64,000 nucleotides of DNA from Octopus sinensis (GCF_006345805.1 NC_043000.1:558001-622000), one strand, 5' to 3'. Positions 25,499-39,730 are shown, numbered from the stretch's first letter. Notes: generated from the sequence alone by a model not told the origin. Program-made: numbers and translations.

Positions 25499-25690
25499 AA
25501 ATTAACAGCGGATCTTTAAGCAATCCAGAGAAGATTCACAAAGAAGATCGTCTCTTTGCAACTGCAGCAACACCCCACACGTACCCATCGATGTTCGTGT
25601 GCAGCAACTGTACCAGGACTGCCACTCTAGAATTGGACTGTTCAGTCACAGCAGACGCTGCTCGTCAAGACAGACGGGAAGAAGAGAAGA

Positions 25691-25783
<93 letters not shown>

Positions 25784-26016
25784 CTTCTCTTCTTCCCGTC
25801 TGTCTTGATAGACAATGGGTCGCGCCAAGGGTGGGGCCTACTTTGATGATGAGCAGCGTCTGCTGTGACTGAACAGTCCAATTCTAGAGTGGCAGTCCCT
25901 GGTACAGTTGCTGCACACGAACATCGATGGGTACGTGTGGGGTGTTGCTGCAGTTGCAAAGAGACGATCTTCTTTGTGAATCTTCTCTGGATTGCTTAAA
26001 GATCCGCTGTTAATTT
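25499..26016. repeat. Inverted duplication around (TA)n
   Basis: 25499-25690 is the reverse complement of 25783-26016 minus an internal ~40-bp deletion. Confidence 0.9.
25783..25956 (-). pseudogene. RTE 3' end fused to the CR1-group fragment
   Basis: Nearly identical to 25260-25444; joined at caac microhomology. Confidence 0.85.
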
Positions 26017-26631
26017 TACACTGGTGGGTGATCATAGCTGTGAGCAGTAATCCAGGCGACTGAGGACGAATGCCTGCCAGAGGACCATCATGGTTTCCTT
26101 ATCTCTGGTTCTGAATGTTCTTAGGATCCACCCAGCCAGTCGTCTGCACTTTGTCGCCATCCTGGTAATGTGCACTTGGAAAGAGGTATCATCACTCATG
26201 TCGATACCCAGGACCCTCATAGACTTAGGCTCTGGGATTGAAATTCCCTGTGGACCGGTGTATCCTGTGAGTTTAATATTCAGTTTTGGATGCTGGTAGC
26301 GCAGGGCCTGGAGTTTTTCAGCATTAAATTGCGTATTATTATCCTCAGCCCATCTGTAGATTGAGTCCAACTCCTGCTGCAGGTGTCCAACATCGCTGGG
26401 GTTCTGTATTTTCTGCGAGACTTTCGTATCGTCTGCATAGTTGGCCAGAGTGGCTATTCGGGCATTTGAGGGCATATCTGAGAGGGCCACTATAAAAAGC
26501 ATTGGTCCCAAGACAGTGCCCTGTGGAACACCGCTCACTATTTGTGTTTCATAGAGGTGGCTACATTAACCACTACTGCCTGACTCCTATCTTTCAGGAA
26601 GTCATGCAACCACACTCCAAGTTTTCCAGCT
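25953..26631 (-). pseudogene. CR1-group LINE reverse transcriptase fragment
   Basis: [39 protein letters not shown] motifs; contains stops and a frameshift. Confidence 0.92.
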
Positions 26632-26634
26632 ATG

Positions 26635-26701
<67 letters not shown>

Positions 26702-26874
26702 ATATAATATTATATAGTATATATATAATGTATATATATATATGTATATATTATAATGTATATATATATATGTATATATATATAATGTATATATATATAT
26801 GTATATATATATATATTGTATATATATATATATGTATATTATATATATATATATATATACATATAATATGACAT

Positions 26875-29195
26875 GGTTCAGACCATGACATGGTTCTCTG
26901 TAACTGAATTCCCCCAGCCGAAAGCTAATCCTAGTGACCTTCCTCCAGCCCACCCATTTGACAACATGGATCTCCATAAAGCCAACTGGGATGCAATCAG
27001 GAACGAGCTATCAAATGTTGACTGGTCCTTTACACATACACACATCCCACCAACCATAAAACATCTTGGCAGATCTTTGTAGACACCGTCACAGACATAT
27101 GTGCAAAACACTCCCCACCAAGACCTGTGAACAAAAAGTGCAGAATCCCCAAACAAAAAACCAAACCATATCAGAAAAATAAAAAGAACAAACAAAAAAA
27201 TTAACAAACTAAAGTACTGCCAACAGCAACACACACATTCGACGGCTATCGCACTGCTTGAATCCAAAAATATAACCTCCAACAATGCATGAAGACCCTC
27301 ATCAATAACCAAAGATCAGCTGAGGAGAAGTGGGCCATTGAAAAATCAAACTCAACCCCAAAGTGTTCTTTTCATTTGCGAGGAAACGCAGGGTCACTGT
27401 CTCCACTGTAGGCCCTCTAATTGACGAAACTGGCACTCTCCAAGATAATGCCAAATCCATGGCCGAGATACTGCAGAAACAATACTGCTCTGTTTTCAGC
27501 AATCCTGATATGGCCGATCTGGGCTGTATCAGTGATGTCAACCCCCAACCACTATATCGGACATACGTTTAGTGCCCCTGATGTCTTAGCGGCGATAAAC
27601 GAAATAAAACACAATTCAGCAGTAGGCCCCGATAGGTTCCCTGCTTGTGTCCTGAGGTGTGTCGACACCACTTGCATCTCCCCTGCTAATCTGTGGAGAA
27701 ACTCACTGGATGCTGGCTATATTCCAAAAAACCTTCTGTCCCAGTCTGTTGTCCCAGTTTTCAAAAAGGGAAACAAGTCCCTTGCAGTGAATTACCGTCC
27801 GATCTCACTCACCTCTCATATCATCAAGGTATTTGAGAGGGTGGTGAGATCTCGAATAACCCAATTTCTGGAAAGCAACAGACGGCTGATCTCCAACCAA
27901 CATGGGTTCCGTAATGGAAGGGATGCCTAACGCAGCTCCTGCATCACTTTGAGGACATTTTGAGAGCTTTGGGAGAGGGCTCCAGCACCGATGTCATCTA
28001 CCTTGATTTCAGTAAGGCCTTCGACAGGGTCGATCACAAGATCCTATTGAAAAAACTATCCAACATTGGTGTCTCTGGAAAGTTACTGAAATGGATTAAG
28101 TGTTTCCTGACAGACAGATCTCAACATGTTGTAGTTGAAGGGGTAAAATCAAGCCCAGCCAAAGTCAGTAGTGGCGTTCCGCAAGGCACTGTGCTGGGCC
28201 CACTTCTTTTCATCATTTACATTAATGACATTAATGACATCATCAAGCACAGCAACATAAAAATCTTTGCAGATGACTCCAAGCTACAGAAGGTCATAAT
28301 GAGGCGAGTGACCGGACATGCCTTCAGTCAGATCTACTGGCTGTTATCCAATGGCAGAAAAAAACAATATGCTGATGAACGAGGATAAATTTGAGCTAAT
28401 CCACTTTGGAAAAGAGGATGCCCTGAAACTCTCCCATACTCCCTTCCTTCAGGTGAAACTCTCGCGGCGTCCAACAACATCAGAGACTTGGGAGTAATTG
28501 TGGACAACAACGTAAGCTGGGCCACTCATATAAACACCAAAATTGACATGGCCCGCAGATGTGTTCCTGGATTCTCAGAACTTTCCAGTCGAGAGATATC
28601 CACACCATTATCCTTCTCTTCTCCACTTTTGCCCGACCCCACCTTGAATACTGTTGTCCACTGTGGTCTCCCCACACAATACAAGGTATCATAAAAGTTG
28701 AAGCACCTCAAAGGGCAATCACAAAAGATAGATGGCATGACAGGCCTCGACTATTGGGGTCGACTAGAAAAGCTAAAACTCTATTCTCTCCAACGTCGTC
28801 GTGAGCGCTACATCATCTGCATGATGTGGAAAATATCCATCAGCATTGCCCAAATGATGTTGGCATCACCTTTAAGGTACATCCAAGGCTTGGCCCCGTG
28901 CCATCCGCCCAAAACAAAAATCGCACTCTCATCTCATAACAACAATACGGCACAATTATTTCACCTCAATTGGCCCCGCTCTCTTTAACATTACACCAAA
29001 ACACATTAAAACAGAAACTGACCCTATAGGGTTCAAGAAGTCTTTGGACAGATTCCTTCAAGAAATCCCGGATAAACCCCCTACACCCGGATATGTCTCT
29101 GTAAACAATAACTCTCTACTTGAGTGGGCCATAGTGCCCAAATTCTGACTTGAAAGACTTCACCAGGTGGTGCTATTAAGTTAGACATGGCCGAA
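26875..29195 (+). pseudogene. 5'-truncated CR1-group LINE (end of endonuclease, RT, C-terminus)
   Basis: SDH..KANW, NYRPISLTS, QHGFR, YLDFSKAFDRVDH, GVPQGTVLGP, FADD, LEYCCPLWSP, YSLQRRRERY, FKKSLDRFL; many frameshifts. Confidence 0.95.
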
Positions 29196-29206
29196 ACCTA
29201 TCAAAG

Positions 29207-29239
<33 letters not shown>

Positions 29240-29245
29240 CATATA

Positions 29246-29284
<39 letters not shown>

Positions 29285-29351
29285 TATATACATGTACATA
29301 TATATGTATATATATACATACATATATATCATATATATATACACACACAAC

Positions 29352-29394
<43 letters not shown>

Positions 29395-29431
29395 ATATGT
29401 TGTGTGTGTGTGTGTGTGTTGTGTGTATGTG

Positions 29432-29608
29432 GTGAGAATTTAGAAAAAACAAATGACGAAAACGTGTGTGTAAACAACAAACAGATGTATTAGGTTAACA
29501 CTCGGGAAGTGAGAGAGTCTTTTACGTTTCGAGCCTACGCTCTTAGACAGAAAGGTACACAGAAATAAACAAGGAGAGAAAATAAGAAAAGGTTTAGTGG
29601 CCAGCAAT
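29432..29608 (-). mobile_element. Family H repeat with hammerhead-like fold
   Basis: rc motif cctttctgtctaagagcgtaggctcgaaacgtaaaagac at 29517-29555. Confidence 0.7.
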
Positions 29609-29609
29609 C

Positions 29610-30000
29610 AGAGGGGTTACACAATTAATTTATCGACTCCGAAAGGATGAAAGGCAAAGTTGACATCAGCGGAATTTGAACTCAGAACGTAGCGGCTGAC
29701 GAAATACCGCTTAGCATTTTGCTCGGCATGCAAACGATTCTGCCAGCTCACCAACTAAGCATCAATTAATATTTTGGGTTCAGATTTTGCGCAAGGCCAG
29801 TGATATTGCGGTAGTGGATAAGTCGATTGCATCAACCCCAGTGTTCAACTGGTACCTATTTTATCAACCCCGAAAAGAAAAGAAAGAAAAACATGAGAGG
29901 ATAAGTCGACCTCGCCGGCATATGAACTCAGAACATTAAGTCGAAGAAATGCCGCTAAGCATTTTCCCAGAGTACTAACGATTCTGCCAAGCTCGGCACT
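29610..30000 (-). mobile_element. Family C dimer
   Basis: Two diverged cores with heads. Confidence 0.8.
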
Positions 30001-31103
30001 TTCCAGCACCAATCAACATTATCAATTCAATGAGGAAGCTGGATTGACAGAGTCGTTAAACTATCAAGTAAAATGCTGCATTGAGTTTAGTTATGGTTTC
30101 TTACGTAGTGAGTTCAAGTCTCGTTGCGTTCAATATTGCTTCTTTCATCGTTAAATTATAATACAAATCAAGGTTCCCCTGATCGAGTTGAGTTTTGTTC
30201 AATGTCATTCCAGCCGTGACCATTCTGTTTTACTGTAAGCTTATACCGCTCTCGGAAATATTAGCCAAATAATTATTCGGAGACAAGTAGATGCAGCTGT
30301 TTTGACGCTAATGATTTGGCAAGGCTTACTAGACATGCAACCTATTTTTGTGATAGTACAATTTGGCACTAGAGGAAACCACACTCTCATACACATACAC
30401 GCAGAAATATACAAATATAGACAGTATATAAGGAGTGAGAGAGAAAGAAAGAGAAAGTTTTACACATACACACACATATTTAAGATGCTCAAATGCATAA
30501 ACACATATACACTCACTCACACACACAGCGTGAGAGAAAGAGAGAAAGAGAGAGAGTAGGTCAAATAAGTCAGCGTCGAGCCAGCGATGCCAAAACGGCT
30601 TGAATTATTCTTAAGTCTCTAAAGATACGATACGAAGAACATTTGACTACTAGCTCTCGCAGAGGAGGATAATTATTCCTAACATAGCGGAGATTTATCA
30701 TGAAATAGTATAACTATAAGAAAAATTCAACCAACGAATTATAAGTGAAATATCTGCCGGCTTTGGCAACATGTCCGCTCATGTATTGGCATAAAGTTTA
30801 AAAGCATGTGCCATTGCTTTGTACGCGTGCTTGTCAAATGTTAACGTTTTTCAAGATACACTAATGTCCTTTCACAAATCTTATAAATGCTTTTATTTTT
30901 CTTGTTAGTGTTTTTCCTGTATTTGTTATTATTGTGCTTGATAAGAACAGTGATATTTGTTTTATATCTGTTTAGAAAATTATTTCTTTATTTCTTTCTA
31001 ACATTTTATTTATTTACATTAATCGAAGTTGATATTAATATTATTATTATTATTAATATGATATCCGAGCAAAATTATTTATTCTTTCCTTCCTTTCTTT
31101 CAT

Positions 31104-31134
<31 letters not shown>

Positions 31135-31754
31135 CTTCTTCTTTCTTCCCACATCAAGAAAGCATCATGCGCAAAGCAAGTCCTCTCTCCGCAAGCATAT
31201 GATATTCCCGGAGGTAAGATGCATTAAATAAATATATAGACGTTTAGGAGCACCTGTGCTTGGTATTAAGAAACACAACGAAACGCACAAAAGCCGTCTA
31301 ATATGTAATCTAGATTACTTAAGGCAACAGTCAGGCAGCTTATTAAAGAGGATATTGTGGGCAGTCAACTGGAAATATTTTTATCAGCAATACGATTAAA
31401 CAAGAAACTAGAAAACAGCCTGCAATTCAAGTAAGTACTTAGTAAAGGAAATTAAATCAACTCATTTTCACATGAACATTCGCAGATTTTTGTTTGTTAT
31501 TATAATTATTAAATATTGTTGTTTTTATTTATGTTTCTTCTTTATTATTAATAATGTTACTGTTATTATTAGTGTTGTTATTGCTAAGGCTGTTTCATTT
31601 TTGCGACTGTTTATACTATATACTAAATTATGTTATTTAAAGAATAAAGAAAATATAATAAAAGTAGAAAATGAAGAAAGAAATTTTCCTACAAAATAAT
31701 GGACGCATACGTTCGCACCACGCATATATTTAGTCAAACCGACACGCGCACACC

Positions 31755-31787
<33 letters not shown>

Positions 31788-32130
31788 TATATATATGTAT
31801 GTATGTATATGTATATATGTATGTATGTATATGTATATATGTATGTATATGTATATGTATATATGTATGTATATGTATATATGTATGTATGTTTATGTAT
31901 GTGTGTATGTATGTATATATGTATGTATGTATATGTATGTATGTATGTATGTATAATATGTATGTATGTATATGTATGTATGTATATATGTATGTATGTA
32001 TATATGTATATATATATGTATGTATGTATGTATATATATATATGTATGTATGTATATATATATATGTTTGTATGTATATATGTATGTACGTATGTATATG
32101 TATATATGTATAAAGGTATATATATATACA
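31755..32130. repeat. (TATG)n/(TA)n microsatellite
   Basis: Direct runs. Confidence 0.95.
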
Positions 32131-33523
32131 CAATTAGTGAGAGTGGGTGCATCTATAACTGAGGGCATATTAGAGTGGTTCATTATAAACAGTAAGAGAT
32201 CTAGAACAGTTTTCTGACAGACTCCACTCTGCTAAATACCGATATGCGAGCGTGCAAGCGTGTGTATGCGTGTATCTGTGTGCATGTGTGTGTATGCGTG
32301 TGCCTGTGTGTGTGTATGTATGTGTGTGTGAGTGTGTGTGTATACACTCGCATTTATAGACTATATATGGAGACAAAGGTATGACCGAATGATGAGTATT
32401 TTCCCTTCGCAACCACATGGTCGTTGTTTGGACAATTATGTAGATGATGAAGATGATAATGATATGTATGCGTGTCAGAAACTCATCATATATCTATGAT
32501 CTTGAGTAATCTTGGGGTCCATTCAAACCTTGTGAGTATCGTTAAATGGAAATGGTATAGGAGGCTGTCGGCTGGACTGTTTGTTCGTGCAATTCAACAG
32601 TCCGAAATTGTGGATTTTTTCGCTTTGACCGGCAGATTTTTAAAATAATTTCTTTGTAACTAAACACTTTTAAACTTCGTATACTGGTAGAATGTGTTTA
32701 TAAAACATCTTTTCTCTTGGCTTTCTTGAGAAAATTCTGTAGTTTGTAAGCTATTTGTTCTTTAATTTCTTGCATTTCAGCAATTTCAACCAATCAATGA
32801 CGTCTATTGAGGTGAATTCAATATCTCCAGGTCGCTGTCAACAACAATAATTTCCGGTAACAACACACGAGAGTTACTTTAAGTGTTTCGATGCCACTTC
32901 GCACCCTTTTTCAGTGCATATGTCGTCCACTCGAGCAAACTGCGATCATACTCCAAATTCGACTTAAGAGTCCATTACATGCAGGTGTTGTAGCCTTCTA
33001 TGTATAGTATATAGTTAGGTGTTTACATGAATATATAGAGACTGGTGTATATATATGTAAAAAGGCAGATATATGAATATATGAATATATGAATACATGT
33101 ATGCTTGAATACAAGCACACACGCACATTATATATATATATATGTATATATATGTGTATATATGTATAATATGTATATATATGTATACACACACACACAC
33201 ACACATATATATATAATTTAAATAATATATAAATATATGCATTATTACATACATATATGTACATACCTACATATATACATGCATATATGGGTACAGGACA
33301 TCATCAAAAACGTTGAATATAATGAGAAACGAAAACATAAAAACAAAAACATAGAAACGAACTTTTCGATCAGCATATTAAACATTTCATCGATCACATT
33401 AACCAGCCAATTAAACAAATGATTTATTAATTAGTTGGTTAGATATTTAACCAACTGACTCACAATAAAAGGTGATGTTTAACCAGTGCGTGTGTTATTG
33501 TCATTGGTGAAATGATCCTCCCG

Positions 33524-33836
33524 TGAAGACACATGGCTAAGTGGTCAGTGCGTCGGGTTCGCAATCTGAGGTAATGAGTGCGATTCCTGGACCGGGCTGT
33601 GTTGTGTTCTTGAGCAAGACACTTTACTTCACGTCGGTCTAGTTAACTCAGCTGTAGAAATGAGTTGCGTCGTCACTGATGCCAAGCTGTATCGGTCTTT
33701 GCCTTTCCCTTGGATAACATCGGTGACATGGAGAGGGGAGACTGGTATGCATGGGTGACTGCTTTTTTTTCCATAAACATACTTGCTTGGACTTGTGCTT
33801 CGGAAGGTAACTCATTCATGATCGAAGGAGGTCTTT
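33524..33836 (+). mobile_element. SINE K2 + T3
   Basis: tRNA head, gttcttgagcaagacact core, tail shared with 16830-16976. Confidence 0.82.
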
Positions 33837-34655
33837 AAAGAAAGGGCTCCTTAGCCGTAGTGAAGGCAATCTATCTAGGGAGATAACCATACAATAAATC
33901 ACTCGGTCCGTAGCTTAGAAATACTGGGTTGACGTCCAGCGGGAACAGCTTTGTTTCATGGAGGAGGAAAGATCTTCTTTAGTACTTGGTTGTACAATGC
34001 TTTCCAATGTGTGTAGTAGCGGCGCGCACACACATTATTAGCCATTTGAAAAGACTGTGGAATTTACAATTAACATAGTAAATTCCATTGTCTCGACCAC
34101 GGTCGAACAATGATGATGAATGATTAAAGACCTTCCCAAAATACAAAATTTGTTTTAACACTCGGATTTACATCAAGAATTTTGCTAACCAAAAGGTGCA
34201 ATCCCATGGTCATTCATGACCGAAGGGGATCTTTAGTGACCCTCCCAAGATACAAGATTTGTTTTAACACTCGAACTTTTATCAAGAATCTTGCAAACCA
34301 AAATGCGAAAACGTTTTAACAAAATGGTTTCCAACGAAGCATGTTGTCTCATACTGAAAAAAGTAATGGGTAACAGAGAAATAAAAAAAAATAGTATAAA
34401 ATAGCAACAGTTACAAATCAACGAAATGAGATTTAGAAATTCATGCAAAAGAGAAAGTGATCTTTTATTTGAAAACATCAGTCGAGTGTTTAGGTCGTAT
34501 TTCATTTCTTGTTGGACATTACCGAGTCAATATTTACATCTGAACACCATCTTGCTTTCGTCACCGTACCACAGAAGTTCTGTGCAGGTTTTCCGACGTA
34601 GCACACACACAGACGTACGAAAGAAGAAGAAGAAGAAGAAAAAGAAGAAGAAGAA

Positions 34656-34687
<32 letters not shown>

Positions 34688-35136
34688 AGAAGAAGAGAGG
34701 GTGAGAGAGGAAAAGGAAAGGTGCGGGTGAGACAGATAAGGCGAAGGAAACACGGAGTAAAAGGTGAACCAGAGTGTGAGGACATTTTATTTTTATGTTG
34801 ATACGATGGAAATTGTTGAGGCGGTGGTAATGGCGGTTGACATTATAGGTTGTGGAGGCGGTGGCGGTGGCGGTGGCGGCTCGATGACGTCGTCGTCGTC
34901 ATCGTCATCGTCGTGGTTGTAGTCGTCGTCATGGTCGTGTGATTGTTGTTATTGTTGTTGATTTGATAACGGTGCTAGTCGGTCGTGGTATTGGTTGGTG
35001 TTAGCGGTGAAGGTAGTTAGTGGTGGTGGTGTTGCTTTGTGTCGTATAAGATACGATTTTATATTAGGGTGGTGATGGATATGATGAAGGTAGTAGTTAC
35101 GGTTAAATGCAGTGGTGCCAGCGCCCAGACAGAGAA

Positions 35137-35181
<45 letters not shown>

Positions 35182-35471
35182 AAGAGGGAGAGAGAGAAAG
35201 AGAATAGACTAATATAAATGGAAAGAGAAATAAACACACACACGCAAACATCTCACTCTGTCTCTCTCTCTCTCTCTCGCTCGCTCTCTCAATTTTATTC
35301 ATCTATTTATCTCTCTATCTATCTCCCCACTCTCTCTCTCTCTCTCTCTCTTTATATATACATACACACACACACACACACACACACCACACACACATAT
35401 ATATATATATACATACACACATACGTAAATGCATATTTATATGAACACATAAAATATATTCTGTGTGTGTG

Positions 35472-35511
<40 letters not shown>

Positions 35512-35525
35512 ATACATACATACAC

Positions 35526-35556
<31 letters not shown>

Positions 35557-35579
35557 AGTGTATGTGTGTGTGTGTTGTG

Positions 35580-35990
35580 TCTTTGTCTTCTACTATAGCC
35601 TCGGGCCGACCAAAGCTTTTGTGAGTGGATTTGGTAGACGAAAACTGAAAGAAGCCTGTCGCATGTATGTATATAAATATATATATATATATATTATATA
35701 TATGTGTGTGTGTGTGTGTGTTGTGTGTGTGTGTGGTGTCTGTGTGTGTGTGCGTGTGTGTGTATGTATGTATCTATGTGTGTATCTTTGTGTCTTTGTT
35801 TGTTCCACCATCACCGCTTGACAACTAGAGGTGGTGTGTTTACAGACTTAGCGGTTCGGTATAGAGACCGATAGACTAAGTACTAGGCTTTAAAAAGTCG
35901 TGGGGTTTATTTGATTGGCTAAACCCCTTCAAGGCAGTGCTCCAGCAGGGCTGCAGCCAAATGATTGAAACAAGTAAAAGAGTAAAAGAG
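35580..35990 (+). mobile_element. SINE A, 5'-truncated
   Basis: Core and tail match 57240-57560. Confidence 0.85.
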
Positions 35991-36299
35991 TACACGCTGT
36001 AGGCATTAGATAAGTCATTTAACACCAGTTCAAATGCCATCGCCTCCACAAGTTCCAGTCCATGTTACGATGTGGTGGCTGATTGAGTACAATGTACTTG
36101 TGAGCTATGCCAGCGGAGAGCATTTTCTATTTGGGCCACCTGTACTTAACAAGTCAAAGGACAGAGGCCATATTGATATAGACCTTTTTCCTAGAGGTAA
36201 AAATGAGCTTGGAGAATGACACTACCACTAGCTAGAATAAAACGGCTACAGAAGCATCGATGACAAGTGAAAACTAACAAGACCTGGAAAAAGAATGAT

Positions 36300-36510
36300 T
36301 TTCCTGAGGGAAACATATGATGCGTCAGACCATGATCTGGAACGCTCAAAAGACGTGGAAAAGAGGATGCCCTATAAATAGCTGGAAGCAAGATATTGAG
36401 ACAAAGCTGAAAAAGTAGGAATCCAACTGGAAACAGCAAAGAGACGAAAATCGAGAACGGTGATGAAAAGGTGTCGATGGTCTATGCCCCACAGGGAGGT
36501 ACAAGTGCTT
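36300..36510 (+). pseudogene. Degenerate RTE-type LINE C-terminal fragment
   Basis: MRQTMIWNAQKTWKRGCPINSWKQDIE...VDGLCPTG resembles RQALxWNPQGxRKRGRPxNxW...VxGLCPxG. Confidence 0.6.
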
Positions 36511-36894
36511 AATGCAATGCAAACCCCACTGAGTAGTCGATTTATGATCAAAAGAGGCGTTACCATCTCAACGCAGGATTGTTCAAATCGTGACCATCTC
36601 GTCTATGTTTCTCTTCCTCAACCCCTTTTTTCTGATGATAATGTAATTCAGGGTCACATTTTCTATTATGTCCTGACATTCTTTTATTTTGTTGTTGTTT
36701 GTGTTTTAGGGAAGATTTAATTACAATTTCCTGATTATTATACTAGCCCCTTGGTGATTCATTGTTTTTCTTATTACGACGATGGTTGAGATTGACGCTT
36801 GTAATACTTGAAGTTTTAATCCAGGGCCACCAATCCAGTCTTGTATTACAGCTTCAACTAAAATATCTGTTTCCTGAACCTACTTTATTTAAAA

Positions 36895-37281
36895 CTAGCA
36901 GTATCGCCCGGCGTTGCTCGGGTTTGTAAGGGAAATAACTATATAAGCATTTTTAGAGATGTAAAGTATAATAGCCATCTCAATATGGCTAACCACAAAG
37001 GGGGAGGTGTTACTGTAGCTTTTTACGTTCTGAGACTTAATAATAAATTTTTAGAGAGTTATATATGCCAAAAATGCATTAAAAATGTGAAAAATTGATG
37101 GTAAATTTTTTTAAAATCGTAGACTCATCGTAGACGCGCGCTAATACCCAGAAGGACTCGATATGAATCACGACTATGAGATACCCGGTTTTGGTTAAAC
37201 TGCACCGCAAAATGTGGGAGTAGTTAGGAATCTAAATCGTAGGAGACAGACAGCACACAACCTCTCTTTTATATATAAAGA
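36895..37281 (-). mobile_element. Non-autonomous Helitron, family 1
   Basis: rc: 5' TC, 3' hairpin cccgagcaacgccggg then CTAG; inserted between A and T; empty paralogous site at 39345-39390. Confidence 0.9.
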
Positions 37282-37304
37282 TATTGAAATATCAGGAAGA
37301 TACA

Positions 37305-37622
37305 AGATGGCTTAGTGGTTAGGGTATTCGACTTACGATCGTAAAGTCGTGAGTTCAATTCCCAACGACGTATTGTGTCATTGAGCGAGAGACTTTATTT
37401 CACGTTGCTCCAGTCCATTCAGCTGGTGAAAATGAATAGTACCTGTATTTCAAAGGGCCAGCATTGTCACACTAAATCACGTTAAATCTCTCTGAGAACT
37501 ACATAAAAGGTACACGTGTCCATGGAGTGGTCAGCCATTTGTAATTAATTTTCACGAGCAGTCTGTTCCGTTGATCGGAATCCTCGTCAACTGGAACCCT
37601 CGTCGTCGTAATCGACTGAGTG
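37305..37622 (+). mobile_element. SINE K2 + T1
   Basis: Matches 20543-20860 and 39385-39697. Confidence 0.85.
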
Positions 37623-37624
37623 TC

Positions 37625-37840
37625 AATTAGGCGGAGAGCTGGCAAAAACATTAGCACAGTAGGCAAAATGCCTAGCGGCGTTTCTTCCGACTTTACGTTC
37701 TGAGTTCAAATTCTGCCGTGGTCTACCTTTCTTTTCATCCTCTAGGGGCCGATAAAAAAAAATTAGCAGTTGAGCGCTGGGGGCTATGTAATTGACATGC
37801 CCCTCCTCCGAAATTGTTAGACTTGTTTCAAAATTCGAAA
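37625..37840 (+). mobile_element. Family C monomer
   Basis: Head ggcggagagctggcaaaaacattagc and B-box gagttcaaattc. Confidence 0.8.
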
Positions 37841-37949
37841 CCAACATCAGGAAGATACGGCTGATGTTTCTAGATAGTGAAGCGATCTTCTAGTCGGTGA
37901 CAATGATCGGAGATGATTTTTATGTTTCTGTGGAGGTCATTGCGGATAG

Positions 37950-38720
37950 TAAGGGTAGAGATGTTGCTTGTAGTGGTAGTGGTGATGATGGGGAAGGCGA
38001 CCATGTTACTGGTAGTAGTGATGGTCGTCGATGATGATGATGACGCTCATGATGATAAGGAGAAGAAGGTAGAGGAGAGGAGGAAAAGAAGCACGATGAC
38101 TTTGCTGATGATGATGATGGTGGTGGTGGTGGTGGTTTTGGTGGTGGTGGTGATGATGGTGATGATGACGATGATGAAGATGATGGTGATGAGGATGATG
38201 ATGATGATGAAGAGAAGGAGGATCTATGAGCAATACCATTTTCTGTGTATCCCATAGTTCTCTATTTAAGACAGTGGAGAGTTTCCTGTTTTGGGAAGTA
38301 TTGGCTGCTATTCTTAGCAGAACAAACGACCGAGATGTCTCTTCGTTATATGGTGGTGACGGTGGTGATGGTATTGATGGCAGTGGTGGTGGTGGTGGTG
38401 GTGGTGGTGGTGTTAGTGATGGTGGGATTGGTGGTAGTAGTATTGGCGGCGGAGGTGGTGTTGGTCGTAACGGTAGTGGTACTGTGGTTGTTGTGTTGGT
38501 GGTGATGGTGGCGGTAGCGCATGTTGATAGAAACTAGTGGTAGTATTTGAATGTGACGGTGGTGATAGTAGTTGAAGTAGTAGAGGTTGTGGTGGTGGTG
38601 GGGTGTTGATGGTGGTGGTGGTGGTGATGATGGTGGTGGTGGTGGTAGTGGTAGTAGTAGTAGTAGTAGTAGTAGTAGCAACAGCGGCGGTTGTGGCTGG
38701 TGGTCATGATAGAAGTGTGC
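37950..38720. repeat. Compound trinucleotide tract (GAT/GGT/GTA)
   Basis: Direct runs; source of the poly-H/P/V ORFs. Confidence 0.9.
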
Positions 38721-39384
38721 TGACGGAGACAAGGTGACAGCAATGATGTTGGGACTGATAGTATACGACCGACGAGGTGGGGATGGGGGGGGACCGGGGG
38801 AACGGACTGAAAGAATGATAGCCCCTGGGGCTGGGAGGGACGAAAACGGATGATGGATGTTTTAGTTGTGATGGCGGGGGTTGACTTGTAATGGATGAGG
38901 GTACAAAACTAGAAGTGATGTTTCAGGTTTAGTTTGATATCGAGGGGAGGGGAGTGATATTGAAAGATGATGCCCTGAAGTTTGTTGACTGCTGGTGCTC
39001 TTTTTGTTGATGTTGCTGTTGTTGTTGGCATTGTTGTTGTTTAACCCAAGGACCTCAACTACCTGCCCGCGAATTAGTACCGGGTCGCATAGAAAGGATA
39101 AAGCTTTTACCTTCATTTCTATATTATTGACTAACAATGCAGTCTACACGTTGTTTCTGCAATATATATGTATTACATATGAATAGCGAAGTTTCATGGC
39201 TTGGTGGTTAAGATATTCGGCTCACGGTTGCAAGGTCATAAGTTCACTTCCCGGCACCGCGTTGTGTCCGTGAGCGAGTCACTTTCTTTCACGCTGCTCC
39301 AGTCCACTCAGCTGGCAAAAATGAGTATTATCTGTATTTCCTTTAACCTACTTTATTCAAAATATTGAAATACCAGGAAGATGC

Positions 39385-39697
39385 AAGATGGCTTAATGGT
39401 TAAGGTATTCGGTTTACGATCGTAAAGTCCTGAGTTCAATTCTCAACGACGTGTTCTGTCCTTGTGCGAGAACCTTTATTTCACGTTGCTCTAGTCCATT
39501 CAGCTGGCAAAAATGAGTATTATCTGTATTTCAAAGGGCCGGCCTTGTCACACTCCGTGTCAGGCTGAATCTCCCTAAGACCTACGTTGAGGTTACGTGT
39601 CTGTGGAGTGCTCAGCCATTTGCATGTTAATTTCACCAGCAGGCTGTCCTGTTGATCGGATTAACTGAAACGCTCATCGTCGTAATTGACAGTGTCA
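39385..39697 (+). mobile_element. SINE K2 + T1 (local paralogue of 37305)
   Basis: Shares the upstream unique flank with the 37305 copy. Confidence 0.85.
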
Positions 39698-39730
39698 CTT
39701 TATATAACAATATACACATATCTTATACTA

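Noticed and set aside
32870-32915. Degenerate hammerhead-like stretch (ctgaaaaaag...gcatcgaaac, minus)
   Set aside because: Core lacks G8 and stem III does not pair.
34128-34304. ~65-bp diverged direct repeat flanking a T3 tail fragment
   Set aside because: Ordinary old local duplication.
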